Shown one piece after another: positions 27,880 to 37,868 of a DNA stretch of 64,000 nucleotides; position 1 is the stretch's first letter; every line of letters begins with the position of its first letter. The notes below the pieces were generated by a model that made no database searches, was not told where the DNA came from, and saw only the letters and a program-made list of their open reading frames with translations. The DNA is from Dehalococcoidia bacterium (GTDB lineage: Bacteria; Chloroflexota; Dehalococcoidia; Plut-88900), in contig CBDFLQ010000007.1 of the NCBI GenBank assembly GCA_965249275.1, positions 544,001 through 608,000 on the forward strand, in the 5' to 3' direction. Position numbers and translations under genes: made by a program.

Positions 27880-27955
27880 TTCTCATTCCCTTTCGCGCTC
27901 TGACAAAAGAGCGCCGACATGGGTACCGGGCTTGTCCGCCAGCCGGACCTGCTTG

Positions 27956-28879
27956 CTAGACCCTTTCTCCCACCCTCAGCCTTGCGCTTCGGGCCCTGGG
28001 GTTGCTGGACACTTCCTCTTTGCTCGGAGCTATGGCTTTACGAGTGATCCGCTTCATGCGGCGCACCCTTCCACACGTGCATACGGGCAGCTCGGGAGGG
28101 CATACGCATATCCCTGACTCCCCGCGCAGGAACGACTTTACGAGAGCCGCTTCCAGGGAGTGGTAGGTGATGACCACCAGCCTCCCTCCTACCGCTAGCA
28201 GGTCTATAGCGCCTTCCAGCCCGCCTTGCAGATTTTCAAGCTCCCTGTTTACCTGTATACGGAGCGCCTGGAAAGTCCGGGTTGCGGGATGGATTTTCCG
28301 CCGCCCCCCACCCGACACCCTCGAAATAATCGCCGCCAGGCTGCCCGTTGATTTCACGGGGCGTGCGTTAACAATCGCCTCCGCTATTCTCCGGGCCCGT
28401 GGCTCTTCCCCGAATTCCCGGATCGTCTGGGCCAGTTCTGCCTGCGGCCACGTGTTGACAATTTCGCCCGCCGTCAGACCCTGATCCGTATCGAACCTCA
28501 TGTCCAGGGGCCCGTCCCCCTGGAAGCTGAATCCCCGACCCGGATCGTCAATCTGCCGAGACGAAAACCCGAGATCGAATAGCACGCCGTTCAGTTCCCG
28601 GAATCCAGCCTCCGTCGCAATAGACTTCATATCCGCATAGTTCGCTGCCCTCGCCTCGAACGCACCTTGGAAATGCGACAGCCGCTGCGAGGCTATCGAC
28701 ACAACAGACGGATCGGCGTCCAGGCCCAGAACCCGGCCCCCGGGCAGACACGACTCCATGATCGGGCTGGAGTGACCTCCCTCGCCCATCGTCGCGTCGA
28801 GGTATGTGCCTCCGGGCCTGACATTTAGGCCCTCCAACACTTCCGCCGTCATAACCGGTTGGTGCCTGTATTCACTCAT
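27956..28879 (-). CDS. rsmH: 16S rRNA m4C1402 methyltransferase
   Basis: HQPVM..EV, DATMGEGGH, DLGFSS.Q.D..RGFSF, HPATRTFQALRI and NPRARSA motifs. Confidence 0.95.
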   Translation of the reverse strand: MSEYRHQPVMTAEVLEGLNVRPGGTYLDATMGEGGHSSPIMESCLPGGRVLGLDADPSVVSIASQRLSHFQGAFEARAANYADMKSIATEAGFRELNGVLFDLGFSSRQIDDPGRGFSFQGDGPLDMRFDTDQGLTAGEIVNTWPQAELAQTIREFGEEPRARRIAEAIVNARPVKSTGSLAAIISRVSGGGRRKIHPATRTFQALRIQVNRELENLQGGLEGAIDLLAVGGRLVVITYHSLEAALVKSFLRGESGICVCPPELPVCTCGRVRRMKRITRKAIAPSKEEVSSNPRARSARLRVGERV

Positions 28880-28907
28880 TGTCAGAAAGACGTGCTGCTT
28901 GGTTCCC

Positions 28908-29336
28908 CTAAGGCCGGTCGCTCAGTCCCTGGGCTATCTCGGAGGCCTTCTCTTCCATCAACTCCCGTTCCCGGGCCCAAAGCTCCTTGCCCCATATCTC
29001 CAGGTGACTCCCCACCCCCGCCACCACCACTTCTTCATCGATCTGAGCGTATTCCCGTAGTGGAGTCGGCAGACCCAGTCTGCCCAGTCGGTCCAGCGTC
29101 AATCGGAAAGCGCTGGAGAACACCAGCCGGTTCACGAGCCTCGCCCCGCGGTCGGTAGCCGGCAGCGAGGCGTATTCCTCGGCCAGCCGGTCCCAGGTCG
29201 TAGTGGTATACGCAACTATGCAGTTATCATAGCCACGAGTTACGACTATGCCGTCACTGAAATCGCCTCGAGCCTTGGGCGGAATCGCCACCCGCCCCTT
29301 TTGGTCCAGGCGATATTCATACTCCCCGAGAAACAT
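28908..29336 (-). CDS. mraZ: Transcriptional regulator MraZ
   Basis: MFLGEY..LDQKGRV, D..GR..LP..LREYA and EIW motifs. Confidence 0.93.
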   Translation of the reverse strand: MFLGEYEYRLDQKGRVAIPPKARGDFSDGIVVTRGYDNCIVAYTTTTWDRLAEEYASLPATDRGARLVNRLVFSSAFRLTLDRLGRLGLPTPLREYAQIDEEVVVAGVGSHLEIWGKELWARERELMEEKASEIAQGLSDRP

Positions 29337-29345
29337 AGGCATCGC

Positions 29346-29397
29346 CCACCTGTCCCCACTAGTCCCCACATTCTACCACTCAGGGTGCCACTGTCAA
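29346..29397 (-). promoter_or_regulatory. mraZ promoter with four MraZ-type GTGG direct repeats
   Basis: CCAC at 29346, 29356, 29366 and 29376 (exact 10-bp period). TTGACA-16nt-TAGAAT on the minus strand. Confidence 0.75.
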
Positions 29398-29453
29398 CGC
29401 AAAACAGCGCCGATTTCCTACCGTGCTATCATGGATTGCGGATACCAAAAGAC

Positions 29454-29939
29454 ATGTCCCCATTCAACGTAGGCATACTCACCAGCAGCGATCTCGGGGC
29501 CCAGGGCAAGCGCGAGGACGCGAGCGGGCCTCTCATCAAGGAAATGGTTGCCGCACTAGGCATGAATCCCGCCAAATATGTCGTAGTGCCGGATGATCAG
29601 CACCAGATAGCTGACACCCTCCGCGAATGGGCTGACAGCGGCGCAGTCGACCTAGTACTCACCACCGGAGGCACGGGTCTCGGGCCCCGGGACGTCACCC
29701 CCGAGGCTACCCTGTCCGTCATAGAACGCCAGGTCCCCGGCATCCCCGAAGCCATGCGCCTCGCCAGCATGCAAAAGACGCCGATGGGCATGATCAGCCG
29801 ACAGGTGGCGGGCGCCAGGGGCTCATGTCTGATAGTCAACCTCCCCGGCAGCCCGAAGGCCGTCCGGGAATGCCTGGACGCCATCTCTCCGGTCTTGTCC
29901 CACGCCCTCACCCTGCTCAAGGGCGACACCGCTCACTAG
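29454..29939 (+). CDS. Molybdopterin adenylyltransferase (MogA/MoaB family)
   Basis: REDASGP, VVPDD, TTGGTGLGPRDVTPEAT and NLPGSPKA motifs. Confidence 0.9.
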   Translation: MSPFNVGILTSSDLGAQGKREDASGPLIKEMVAALGMNPAKYVVVPDDQHQIADTLREWADSGAVDLVLTTGGTGLGPRDVTPEATLSVIERQVPGIPEAMRLASMQKTPMGMISRQVAGARGSCLIVNLPGSPKAVRECLDAISPVLSHALTLLKGDTAH

Positions 29940-29957
29940 CAGGCTCCGGCCCTCGCC

Positions 29958-30677
29958 ATGAACTTTCACATCTTTACATTATTCCCCGGCATGTTTCACG
30001 GCCCGATCAGCGAAAGCATCATAAAGCGCGCCCGGGACAGGGGTTTGATCAACGTCCACCTCCACGACATCCGTGACTACGCCGAGGACAAGCACAGGAT
30101 CGTCGATGACTACGCGTACGGTGGAGGCCCCGGTATGGTCATGAAGCCCGAGCCCGTCTTCAAGGCAGTCGAGACCCAGCTTGCCCTCATCCGCGAAACA
30201 CAACCCACACCCGACCCAATTCCCGTGATATTGCTCAGCCCCAAGGGTCGGGTCCTTACTCAGAAGGTCGCTGGGGAATTGGCCCAACACCCCGACATCG
30301 TTCTTCTCTGCGGCCACTACGAAGGCGTGGACCAGCGAATTGTCGATCATCTCGCTACTGACGAAATTAGCATCGGAGACTACGTGCTCACCGGCGGAGA
30401 GCTTGCGGCCATGGTCGTCATCGACTGCGTAGCCCGTTTTATGCCTGAGGTCCTGGGTTCCGAGGAATCAACCGCCCGCGAGTCACACACCGACGGCCTA
30501 CTCCAGTACCCCCAGTACACCCGTCCCCCCGAGTTTCGGGGCTGGTCGGTGCCGGAAATCCTGCTCTCGGGTCACCACGCGCGCATCGATTCCTGGCGGA
30601 AGGAGCAGTCGCTCCTCGAGACTCAGCGCCGCCGCCCCGACCTCCTAAAACAACCGGAAAACAACCCAGAACACTAA
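29958..30677 (+). CDS. trmD: tRNA (guanine37-N1)-methyltransferase
   Basis: [34 protein letters not shown] and YPQYTRP motifs. Confidence 0.96.
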   Translation: MNFHIFTLFPGMFHGPISESIIKRARDRGLINVHLHDIRDYAEDKHRIVDDYAYGGGPGMVMKPEPVFKAVETQLALIRETQPTPDPIPVILLSPKGRVLTQKVAGELAQHPDIVLLCGHYEGVDQRIVDHLATDEISIGDYVLTGGELAAMVVIDCVARFMPEVLGSEESTARESHTDGLLQYPQYTRPPEFRGWSVPEILLSGHHARIDSWRKEQSLLETQRRRPDLLKQPENNPEH

Positions 30678-30741
30678 TCCGCTCACTCACCATTCAGGCT
30701 TCCGAAAGCAATGCGTTCCCTCTGCCCATCACCTTTTTTCC

Positions 30742-30770
30742 TTGACCCCCCCAATGCCCGATGCTAGAAT
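30742..30770 (+). promoter_or_regulatory. Sigma70 promoter of the tRNA pair
   Basis: TTGACC-17nt-TAGAAT with extended TG, just upstream of tRNA-His. Confidence 0.65.
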
Positions 30771-30791
30771 CCGCCACACGTCTCTACTCAT

Positions 30792-30868
30792 GGTGGGCGT
30801 AGCCTAGCGGTTAAGGCACCAGGTTGTGGCCCTGGAGATCGAGGGTTCGAATCCCTTCGCTCACCCCA
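30792..30868 (+). tRNA. tRNA-His(GTG)
   Basis: G-1, acceptor GTGGGCG/CGCTCAC, anticodon arm CCAGG-TTGTGGC-CCTGG, GGTTCGAATCC, C73 and encoded CCA. Confidence 0.95.
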
Positions 30869-30902
30869 TGTCCTTTTAAAACTTCACCCGGCGGAACACT
30901 TT

Positions 30903-30978
30903 GCGCCTGTAGCTCAGCGGATAGAGCATCGGTCTTCGGAACCGAGGGTCGGGGGTTCGAATCCCTTCAGGCGCACCA
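30903..30978 (+). tRNA. tRNA-Arg(TCG)
   Basis: Acceptor GCGCCTG/CAGGCGC, anticodon arm TCGGT-CTTCGGA-ACCGA, GGTTCGAATCC and encoded CCA. Confidence 0.95.
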
Positions 30979-31017
30979 TTTAGACCATTATCACCATCCC
31001 GTTTCTGGAGGTGGCTT

Positions 31018-31857
31018 GTGAAATTCGGAGATATCGATGTTCACGTCATTAGTGACGGCACTTTCAAACTCGACGCGGGCGCGATCTTCGGCGTCGTTCC
31101 TAAGACCCTCTGGCAGCGCAAAGTCAAAGCCGACCGCAGGAACAGGCTTCAAATGGGCCTCAACTGCATGCTCATCCACTCCAACGGCCACAACATCCTC
31201 GTCGACACGGGCATCGGCAAAAAAGAGTCCGATCGCGACAAGGACATTTACGGACTCTCGGCAGGCAAGATCCTCCGGCGTCTCAAGGAGCACGGGCTCG
31301 GCCCCCGGGACATAGACCTCGTGATCCTGTCCCACCTCCACTTCGACCACGTGGGCGGCTGCACCCGCTTCAACTCAAAGGGCGAAGCGGTTCCGACCTT
31401 CCCAAAGGCAAAATACCTGGTCCAGCGCGCCGACTGGGAAGAGGCCACACACCCCAACGAACGCAACAAGGCCGCCTACCACCCCGACGATTTCGAGCCG
31501 CTCCTCTTCAACAAACAGCTTGAGCTGCTCGATGGTGACACTGAGATTGAAAAGGGCGTCGATACCGTCCTGACAGGGGGACACTCGGCGGGGCACCAGC
31601 TAGTCATGGCCGGCACGGGCCAGCGCAAAGCCGTGATCCTGGGAGACCTGGTCGCTACTTCCCATCACCTGCCCTTGCCCTACATCCCCGCCTTCGACCA
31701 ATACCCGATGGAAAGCATGGAGCGCAAGCGCAAGTTGCTGGAAGACGCCGAGAAACACGGCTGGCTCCTGATCTTCGCCCACGACCCTGAGACCATCTCC
31801 GGCTACGTGGAAAGCCGCAATGGGCGCGTACTCCTCAAACCCGCCAAAGTCTGTTAG
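31018..31857 (+). CDS. MBL-fold metallo-hydrolase
   Basis: LDAGAIFGVVPK.LW, SHLHFDHVGG, GGHSAGHQ and FAHD motifs. Confidence 0.9.
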   Translation: MKFGDIDVHVISDGTFKLDAGAIFGVVPKTLWQRKVKADRRNRLQMGLNCMLIHSNGHNILVDTGIGKKESDRDKDIYGLSAGKILRRLKEHGLGPRDIDLVILSHLHFDHVGGCTRFNSKGEAVPTFPKAKYLVQRADWEEATHPNERNKAAYHPDDFEPLLFNKQLELLDGDTEIEKGVDTVLTGGHSAGHQLVMAGTGQRKAVILGDLVATSHHLPLPYIPAFDQYPMESMERKRKLLEDAEKHGWLLIFAHDPETISGYVESRNGRVLLKPAKVC

Positions 31858-31876
31858 TCACCCTTCTCCACCAGGG

Positions 31877-33217
31877 CTAAGCCCTTTCCACTAGCAACCC
31901 CTTGCCAACTTCACTCGTGGCTACCCCACGGGTGATTTCATTTTCGGCAGCTCCACTGTCCGAAGCGTAGGCGCGGATGTAGTTGTCCGAAAGCCCAGAC
32001 CAGTACTCCGACCCGTCCACCCGTACCTTCTCCTCCCACAACACGTCCAACGGCTTCCCAAGGAAAGCCCGCCGGTACTCGACCCCCACCTCACCCGACA
32101 GCGCAAGCATCCGGCCCATCCTGTCTCGCTTATCCCCATCGGACACTGCTGCATCGAAATCGTACGCCCGGGTCCCGGGCCTCCGTGAATACGGGAACAC
32201 GTGGACTGCTGCGAAGGCCATCTCACGGCAGAACCGATAACTCTCTTCGAACTCCTCCCAAGTCTCTCCCGGAAACCCGACCATCACGTCAGTCGTGATA
32301 GCGATTTGTGGGAGGGCCTCCCGGAATCGGCATACGGCCCTTCTATACCCATCTACCCTGTATCGTCGGCCCATGCGGCTCAGTACGGCGTCGCTGCCGC
32401 TCTGCAGCGCTATGTGAACATGTCTGCACACCCGACTATTGCCGAACGCCCGCAGCAGCCTTGGCGTCACATCCTGCGGCTGTATGGAGGAGACCCTCAA
32501 CCGCGGCAGGTCCGTCTCCTCCAGGACTCGTTCGATCAGCCCGTGCAGCCGACCATCGTACCCTTCCGGGTCCCGGCGAAACTCGGCGGTCGGGGGGTAC
32601 TGGCCATAGGAGCCGATCTGGGGGCCGGTGATAACCACTTCCTTGAATCCCTCATCCACCCGTGCACGGATGTCGGCCAAGGCCTGCTCCAGGGGCACGT
32701 TGAATTCCCGACCCCTCGTCATAGGTATTACGCAGAACGCGCAGAACTGGTTGCACCCGTCCTGAATCTTCACGAAAGCCCTGCTCCTCCCCACCCCCCT
32801 CACATCCGCTATAGGAGACCGAGCGACCCCATCTTCCCAGTCCGCCATCAACTCCGACGCCACCTCTGCCAGCCGACCCTTGTCCTTGTTCAGGACCACC
32901 GCATCTACACTTTTAAGTGCTTCAACTTCCCCCGTGGCCCGGGTCGCGTAGCATCCCGTCACGATCACTTTCGCCTGCGGGTTCCTTCTCCGCGCCCCCC
33001 CGAGCCACTGCCTGCCTTTCGCATCGGCCACGTGGGTCACGCTGCACGTGTTCAGCACGTACAGATCAGCCTCGGCGGACTGGTGCACAACTTCGAACCC
33101 GACCTCCGCCAATCGGCGGCTCATTGCGTCCGCCTCGGCCTGGTTCAGCTTGCACCCGTGCGCCGCTACCGCAACGCGAGGCTTATCTGATCGTCCTGTT
33201 GAAAGTTTGCTCGGCAT
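31877..33217 (-). CDS. mtaB: tRNA methylthiotransferase (MtaB-like)
   Basis: GCKLNQAE, NTCSVT, VTGCYA, KIQDGCNQFCAFC, HVFPYS.RPGT and SDNYI motifs. Confidence 0.85.
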   Translation of the reverse strand: MPSKLSTGRSDKPRVAVAAHGCKLNQAEADAMSRRLAEVGFEVVHQSAEADLYVLNTCSVTHVADAKGRQWLGGARRRNPQAKVIVTGCYATRATGEVEALKSVDAVVLNKDKGRLAEVASELMADWEDGVARSPIADVRGVGRSRAFVKIQDGCNQFCAFCVIPMTRGREFNVPLEQALADIRARVDEGFKEVVITGPQIGSYGQYPPTAEFRRDPEGYDGRLHGLIERVLEETDLPRLRVSSIQPQDVTPRLLRAFGNSRVCRHVHIALQSGSDAVLSRMGRRYRVDGYRRAVCRFREALPQIAITTDVMVGFPGETWEEFEESYRFCREMAFAAVHVFPYSRRPGTRAYDFDAAVSDGDKRDRMGRMLALSGEVGVEYRRAFLGKPLDVLWEEKVRVDGSEYWSGLSDNYIRAYASDSGAAENEITRGVATSEVGKGLLVERA

Positions 33218-33360
33218 TGTTAGATAATTGCATAATGCTGGAAAGAAATTCTGTCCGGCCACGCACTTTTCACATACGCCATACATTATCCGGTATCCCG
33301 CGCCCTCAATGCCACCTGGTCGCCGCCTGCTCAGTCATCCCCAGATTTGACATTAGCCTG

Positions 33361-33378
33361 TTGTGTTATAATTCACAT
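33361..33378 (+). promoter_or_regulatory. Rex/CRP-like palindrome overlapping an extended -10
   Basis: TTGTGTTATAATTCACAT is TGTG(T)-N6-TCACA with TGnTATAAT inside it. Confidence 0.45.
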
Positions 33379-33474
33379 CCGAAAGAAGTCTGATGATTAC
33401 CTTGTTTTCACCCGAATCTTTTTTCACCCATACCCTGTATGACCTGCTAGGGCCGCACGGCCCAGGGAGTGCCC

Positions 33475-35013
33475 ATGACTGTCCAGGCGACTAGGGGCGT
33501 AGGATCCCGAACGTACCAACGTCCCCGCAGAGTCCTTTTAACAGAGCCGCCCAACAGCCTCTTTGTCGGCTTTAACGCCACGGTGATTGTCGAACCCCTG
33601 GGCTTGGAATACTTGGCCGGAAACCTCCTCGACATCGCTGACGTCCGTATCTATGACATGCGCGTCGACAAGAAGCCTCTGGCCCAGGTCATCGAGGAGT
33701 TCAAGCCCGACGTAGTCGGTATACGAGAGGGCTACACGGTCGACGTCTCGTCCGTTAAGAACTTGGCCCGGGACATCAAGAAGATATCCTCGGACATAAT
33801 CATCATTGTAGGCGGTCATCACGTCTCCCTCGCACCCCAGGACGCATTCAGCCCGGACATCGATGCAATCGTCATCGGCGACGGTGAGAACACCTTCCGC
33901 CGCCTTGTCCTCAGCCTCCAGAATGACCGGGGACTCGACTCTATACCCGAGGTTATCTACCGCACCGCCAGCGGGGACTTCGACCAGTCCAACACCAAAG
34001 TAATAAAGAAGAGCTCCCTTAAGGAGTTCGACTCCCTATCCATGAACGAGCGCCCTCTGCCCGCCCGGCATCTCGTAGACCAGTACAGGGACGACTATTT
34101 CTTCCTATATCACACCAAGCCCTACTCCGTAGAAATGGCTCGCGGTTGCATCTACCGGTGCAACTTCTGCTCCGTCCACGAGTTCCACCGCGGCGAGTAC
34201 AAGGTCCAGGGCAACGATCGCACGCTCCTTGAGCTTTCCAAGCTTCCCCGCAATTCGTGGATCAACATTGTCGACGATTTGGCCATCCAGGAGCTTCCCG
34301 GCTCCCTCAAAATGGCCTACCCCCCGGGATTCGATCCCATGGACGACCTCGCCGACAAGATCATCGACATGGATCTCGGCCAACGTTACTGGATGCAGGT
34401 CCGCGCCGACAACGTGGTCCGAAACCCCAAGAAGTTCGAAAAATGGGCCAAGGCCGGGCTCGACACCGTGTTGGTCGGCCTTGAATCCTTTGAACAGAGC
34501 GACCTGAACTCCGTTGCCAAGGGCACCCGTGTCGGTGACAACGAGAAGTCCATCGACATCCTCCACAGCATGGGCATTCGGATTTGGGGCGCCGTTATGA
34601 TCTTCCAGCATTGGATGGATAGTAACTTCGAAAACCTCAAGGAGAAGGTCAACGAGACCAGGATCGAGTTTCCCAACTACACAATACTCACTCCCCTGCC
34701 CGGCACCGGTCAGTGGAAGGATATGCACAGCAAGCTGGTTACGAAGGAGCCCCACTTCTTCGACTTCCTCCACAGCGTATTGCCGACCAAGTTGGGGGGC
34801 GAAAAGTTCTATGAGCAGTACGCCTCCCTTTGGCGCACCGTGGGAGACGGAGGGATGGACAGGATCAGGAGAATGATCAACGAGGTTTCCACAACCCGGG
34901 AGAGCGTTATCAAGTTCCTCCGCCAGTACAGGACCCTCTCCGACATTGAGACCTACCGCCGAGGCATTGAACTCCTGGACCAAGGGCCCCCTGCAAAGCA
35001 GCCTTCCCCTTAG
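33475..35013 (+). CDS. Cobalamin-binding radical SAM protein (class B methyltransferase-like, HpnR-like)
   Basis: EPLGLEYLA, IIVGGHHVS, GDGE, RGCIYRCNFC, GLES, ILTPLPGT and FD..H.VLPT motifs. Confidence 0.85.
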   Translation: MTVQATRGVGSRTYQRPRRVLLTEPPNSLFVGFNATVIVEPLGLEYLAGNLLDIADVRIYDMRVDKKPLAQVIEEFKPDVVGIREGYTVDVSSVKNLARDIKKISSDIIIIVGGHHVSLAPQDAFSPDIDAIVIGDGENTFRRLVLSLQNDRGLDSIPEVIYRTASGDFDQSNTKVIKKSSLKEFDSLSMNERPLPARHLVDQYRDDYFFLYHTKPYSVEMARGCIYRCNFCSVHEFHRGEYKVQGNDRTLLELSKLPRNSWINIVDDLAIQELPGSLKMAYPPGFDPMDDLADKIIDMDLGQRYWMQVRADNVVRNPKKFEKWAKAGLDTVLVGLESFEQSDLNSVAKGTRVGDNEKSIDILHSMGIRIWGAVMIFQHWMDSNFENLKEKVNETRIEFPNYTILTPLPGTGQWKDMHSKLVTKEPHFFDFLHSVLPTKLGGEKFYEQYASLWRTVGDGGMDRIRRMINEVSTTRESVIKFLRQYRTLSDIETYRRGIELLDQGPPAKQPSP

Positions 35014-35038
35014 ATCCGTGTAAAGGCAGGACTTTCCA

Positions 35039-36283
35039 GTGCTTGACCACCGTGTAGTAGTCACAGGCGTTGGCTTGGTTACCCCTCTCGGAATGGACGT
35101 AGAGTCTACTTGGGGGAGCTTGATTTCCGGTCAGTCGGGCGTCGGATATATCACCGCCTTCGATTCCTCCGACTACGAGACCCACATCGCCGCCGAAGTC
35201 TCCGACTTCAACCCCAACGACCACCTGGACCGCAAGGCCGCACGGCGGATGGACCGTTTCGTCCAGTTCGCCGTAATCGCCGCCAGGGAGGCCGCCGCCC
35301 AATCAGGCCTTGAAATTACCGACGAAAACGCTGGCGACGTAGGAACGGTTATCGGGAGCGGCATCGGGGGACTTATCACGCTATCGGAGCAGTTCAACGT
35401 GCTCCGGGACAAGGGCCCCTCTCGTATCAGCCCTTTCCTGGTGCCCATGATGATCACCGACATGGCTTCCGGCCAAGTCTCGATTGACCTTGGTATCAAG
35501 GGGCCCAATTTCTGTACGACTTCCGCCTGCTCCAGCGGCAGCGATGCCATAGGCGCCGCTTACCAGCTCATTCAAGCCGGCAAGGCTAAGGCCATGATTA
35601 CCGGTGGCGCCGAGGCAAGCATCACGCCCATCGCCGTTGCCGGGTTCAATGCCGCCAGGGCACTGTCCACGAGAAACGACGAGCCCCAGAAGGCTTGCCG
35701 CCCCTTCGACGCTGGTCGGGACGGCTTCGTCATGGGCGAAGGCGCCGCTATGCTGATGATCGAGGATATGGAGCACGCTGTCGGGCGCGGCGCTACCATT
35801 CTCGCCGAACTCATTGGATACGGCACCTCCGGAGACGCCTTCCATCTCACCGCGCCCGCCGAGGGCGGTGAAGGCAGCATTCGAGCCATAAAGATGGCCT
35901 TGGGTGACGCCCAGGTCCAACCCGACGATATCGACTACATCAACGCCCACGGCACCTCCACACCCCTCAACGACAAGTTCGAGACCCTTGCCATCAAGAA
36001 AGTCTTCCAGGAAGAGGCCTACCGCATCCCAATCTCTTCTACCAAGTCCATGACCGGCCATCTCATTGGCGCCGCAGCCGCTCTTGAGGCCGCCATCACC
36101 GTACTGGCCATAGACCGAGGCGAAATTCCACCCACCATCAACCTCGAAGACCCCGACCCAGAATGTGACCTGGACTACACCCCCCACATCCCCCGCCGCG
36201 GCGAGGTAAAAGTCGCACTCTCCAACTCTCTCGGGTTCGGCGGCCACAACTCGGTGCTCGTCTTCCGCCAACCCCCCGCCTAG
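35039..36283 (+). CDS. fabF: 3-oxoacyl-ACP synthase II
   Basis: RVVVTGVG, SACSSG, YINAHGTSTP, KSMTGHL.GA and SNSLGFGGHN motifs. Confidence 0.95.
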   Translation: MLDHRVVVTGVGLVTPLGMDVESTWGSLISGQSGVGYITAFDSSDYETHIAAEVSDFNPNDHLDRKAARRMDRFVQFAVIAAREAAAQSGLEITDENAGDVGTVIGSGIGGLITLSEQFNVLRDKGPSRISPFLVPMMITDMASGQVSIDLGIKGPNFCTTSACSSGSDAIGAAYQLIQAGKAKAMITGGAEASITPIAVAGFNAARALSTRNDEPQKACRPFDAGRDGFVMGEGAAMLMIEDMEHAVGRGATILAELIGYGTSGDAFHLTAPAEGGEGSIRAIKMALGDAQVQPDDIDYINAHGTSTPLNDKFETLAIKKVFQEEAYRIPISSTKSMTGHLIGAAAALEAAITVLAIDRGEIPPTINLEDPDPECDLDYTPHIPRRGEVKVALSNSLGFGGHNSVLVFRQPPA

Positions 36284-36606
36284 CCAGCCCACCCCCTCCC
36301 CCCCACCAACGCCCGATTACGCGCCATTCCGATGCCTTTTTGTTGCCATTCCGAGGCTCCGCGAGGAATTTTAGGCATATCTCTCCCCAGCCGCCTAAAC
36401 GCCAATACCCATCAACCCTGTCCCTCTACATGCTCCTTTAGCCAATGGCCAACAAAAATGCAGGCCATTTGTGATGACCCATAATTCTTGTTCCTCTGAC
36501 GGGGATGTGAGGTGCTACTTCTCCCAAAAGGCCAACCCCCGGCGTATGCTATAATCAGGCTGCCCGACAGGGTCAAACCTACCCATAACTCACGAGGTGA
36601 GTTGCA

Positions 36607-36975
36607 TTGCAACCCGGCGAAATCAGCTCCTCCGAACGCATGTGGGCCGCCCTTGCCCACTCCATACTCCTGCTAAACGTCATCCCCGTTTTCCTGGGAC
36701 CATCAGTCGTGATTACGATGGGCATATGGGTCTTCAAGAGGAAGGGTTCCGACTACGTTGGCTTTCAGGCCCTGCAGGCCTTTATTTTCCAGGTCGCCGT
36801 AGCCTTCCTCGCAATTATCCTTGGCATGGTGATCGATCCAGCAGCAGCCTTGATCGTGCTGATTCTGCCAATCATCTACTCGATGTACGGCGCCTACCGA
36901 TGCAACCAGGGCCATGAGTTCCGATACGTGTTCATCGGCGATTTTCTCACGTCTATAATCACCAAAGACAAGTAG
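36607..36975 (+). CDS. DUF4870-like membrane protein
   Basis: ERMWAALAH...FQALQA..FQ...G.EFRY..IG pattern with TM helices. Confidence 0.75.
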   Translation: MQPGEISSSERMWAALAHSILLLNVIPVFLGPSVVITMGIWVFKRKGSDYVGFQALQAFIFQVAVAFLAIILGMVIDPAAALIVLILPIIYSMYGAYRCNQGHEFRYVFIGDFLTSIITKDK

Positions 36976-37159
36976 CCGGTTCAGTGCAACCCAGGGTGGG
37001 CCCCGACACCACTTGATCATACCGTTCGTATATATTTCGGCCAGGTAGTTGATGGGAGGGTCTTAATCGTGACCCGTGTGGCCTCGGAGTTAGTGCATCG
37101 GTCCGTCCCGACTTATAGTGCCTTTTGCCTTGGTCGGGATCTTTCGGAAGGCAAGCCCC

Positions 37160-37849
37160 ATGCCGTATAACCCGGTTGTAGACTCCAAGGTCTGCCGGCA
37201 CTGCTCGGTTATCGCCTCCGTCAGGGAAACCCAGTGCCGTGGCTGCGGCGGACGCTCCTGGGGCCCGATTCCCGACTCGCTCCTCCACAGCGTTGACCCT
37301 GATGTAATCAGAAACGGCCATGGCATCATCAGGCTGGACGGCTACCGGCCGCTGACCTGGCCCCCACCCGAAACAGAGCTCCGTGAACAAGACGTTGCCC
37401 CTGTTCCCCGCAAAGACCCGGACACCGCTGCCATGCTTGCCTCCCTCTGCAGCATGATCGGGATCTGGGGAGTCGGGCACATCTACGTCGGGAAGGTTAT
37501 CACCGGCCTATCGCTGATGATTGCGGGTTCCATCGTCTGGGGTATTTTTGTGCTCTTGACCTTCATCGGAGAAGGGCCGGTCTTCTACGCTCTCGGTGTG
37601 CCGGCCTGGGTTGCCCTCATCTTCCTTGCCTACCCAACCAACGAGTCCGACCCCCTCCGCGGCCGCAGATTCATCTTGCCCGGGATCGCCATTACGCTAA
37701 CCACGTATATGGTCTGGTCCAACCTACAATACACATACGTCTTCGTTACCATCGGGATTACCGCCTGGGTATACCTCACTATCCGCGCCTTCACCCTCGC
37801 CAACGAATACAACGACGAGCTGGACCGCAGCGGACTATCCCTCTGGTGA
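37160..37849 (+). CDS. Hypothetical membrane protein (Zn-ribbon plus TM2-like domain)
   Basis: CRHC..CRGC, KDP.TAAMLA..GVGHIYVGK, and several TM helices. Confidence 0.65.
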   Translation: MPYNPVVDSKVCRHCSVIASVRETQCRGCGGRSWGPIPDSLLHSVDPDVIRNGHGIIRLDGYRPLTWPPPETELREQDVAPVPRKDPDTAAMLASLCSMIGIWGVGHIYVGKVITGLSLMIAGSIVWGIFVLLTFIGEGPVFYALGVPAWVALIFLAYPTNESDPLRGRRFILPGIAITLTTYMVWSNLQYTYVFVTIGITAWVYLTIRAFTLANEYNDELDRSGLSLW

Positions 37850-37868
37850 TCCTTTCCTCCTGCCCGGA

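Noticed and set aside
30792-31018. tRNA genes as an integration site for an island
   Set aside because: No duplicated tRNA 3' end or integrase was seen nearby.
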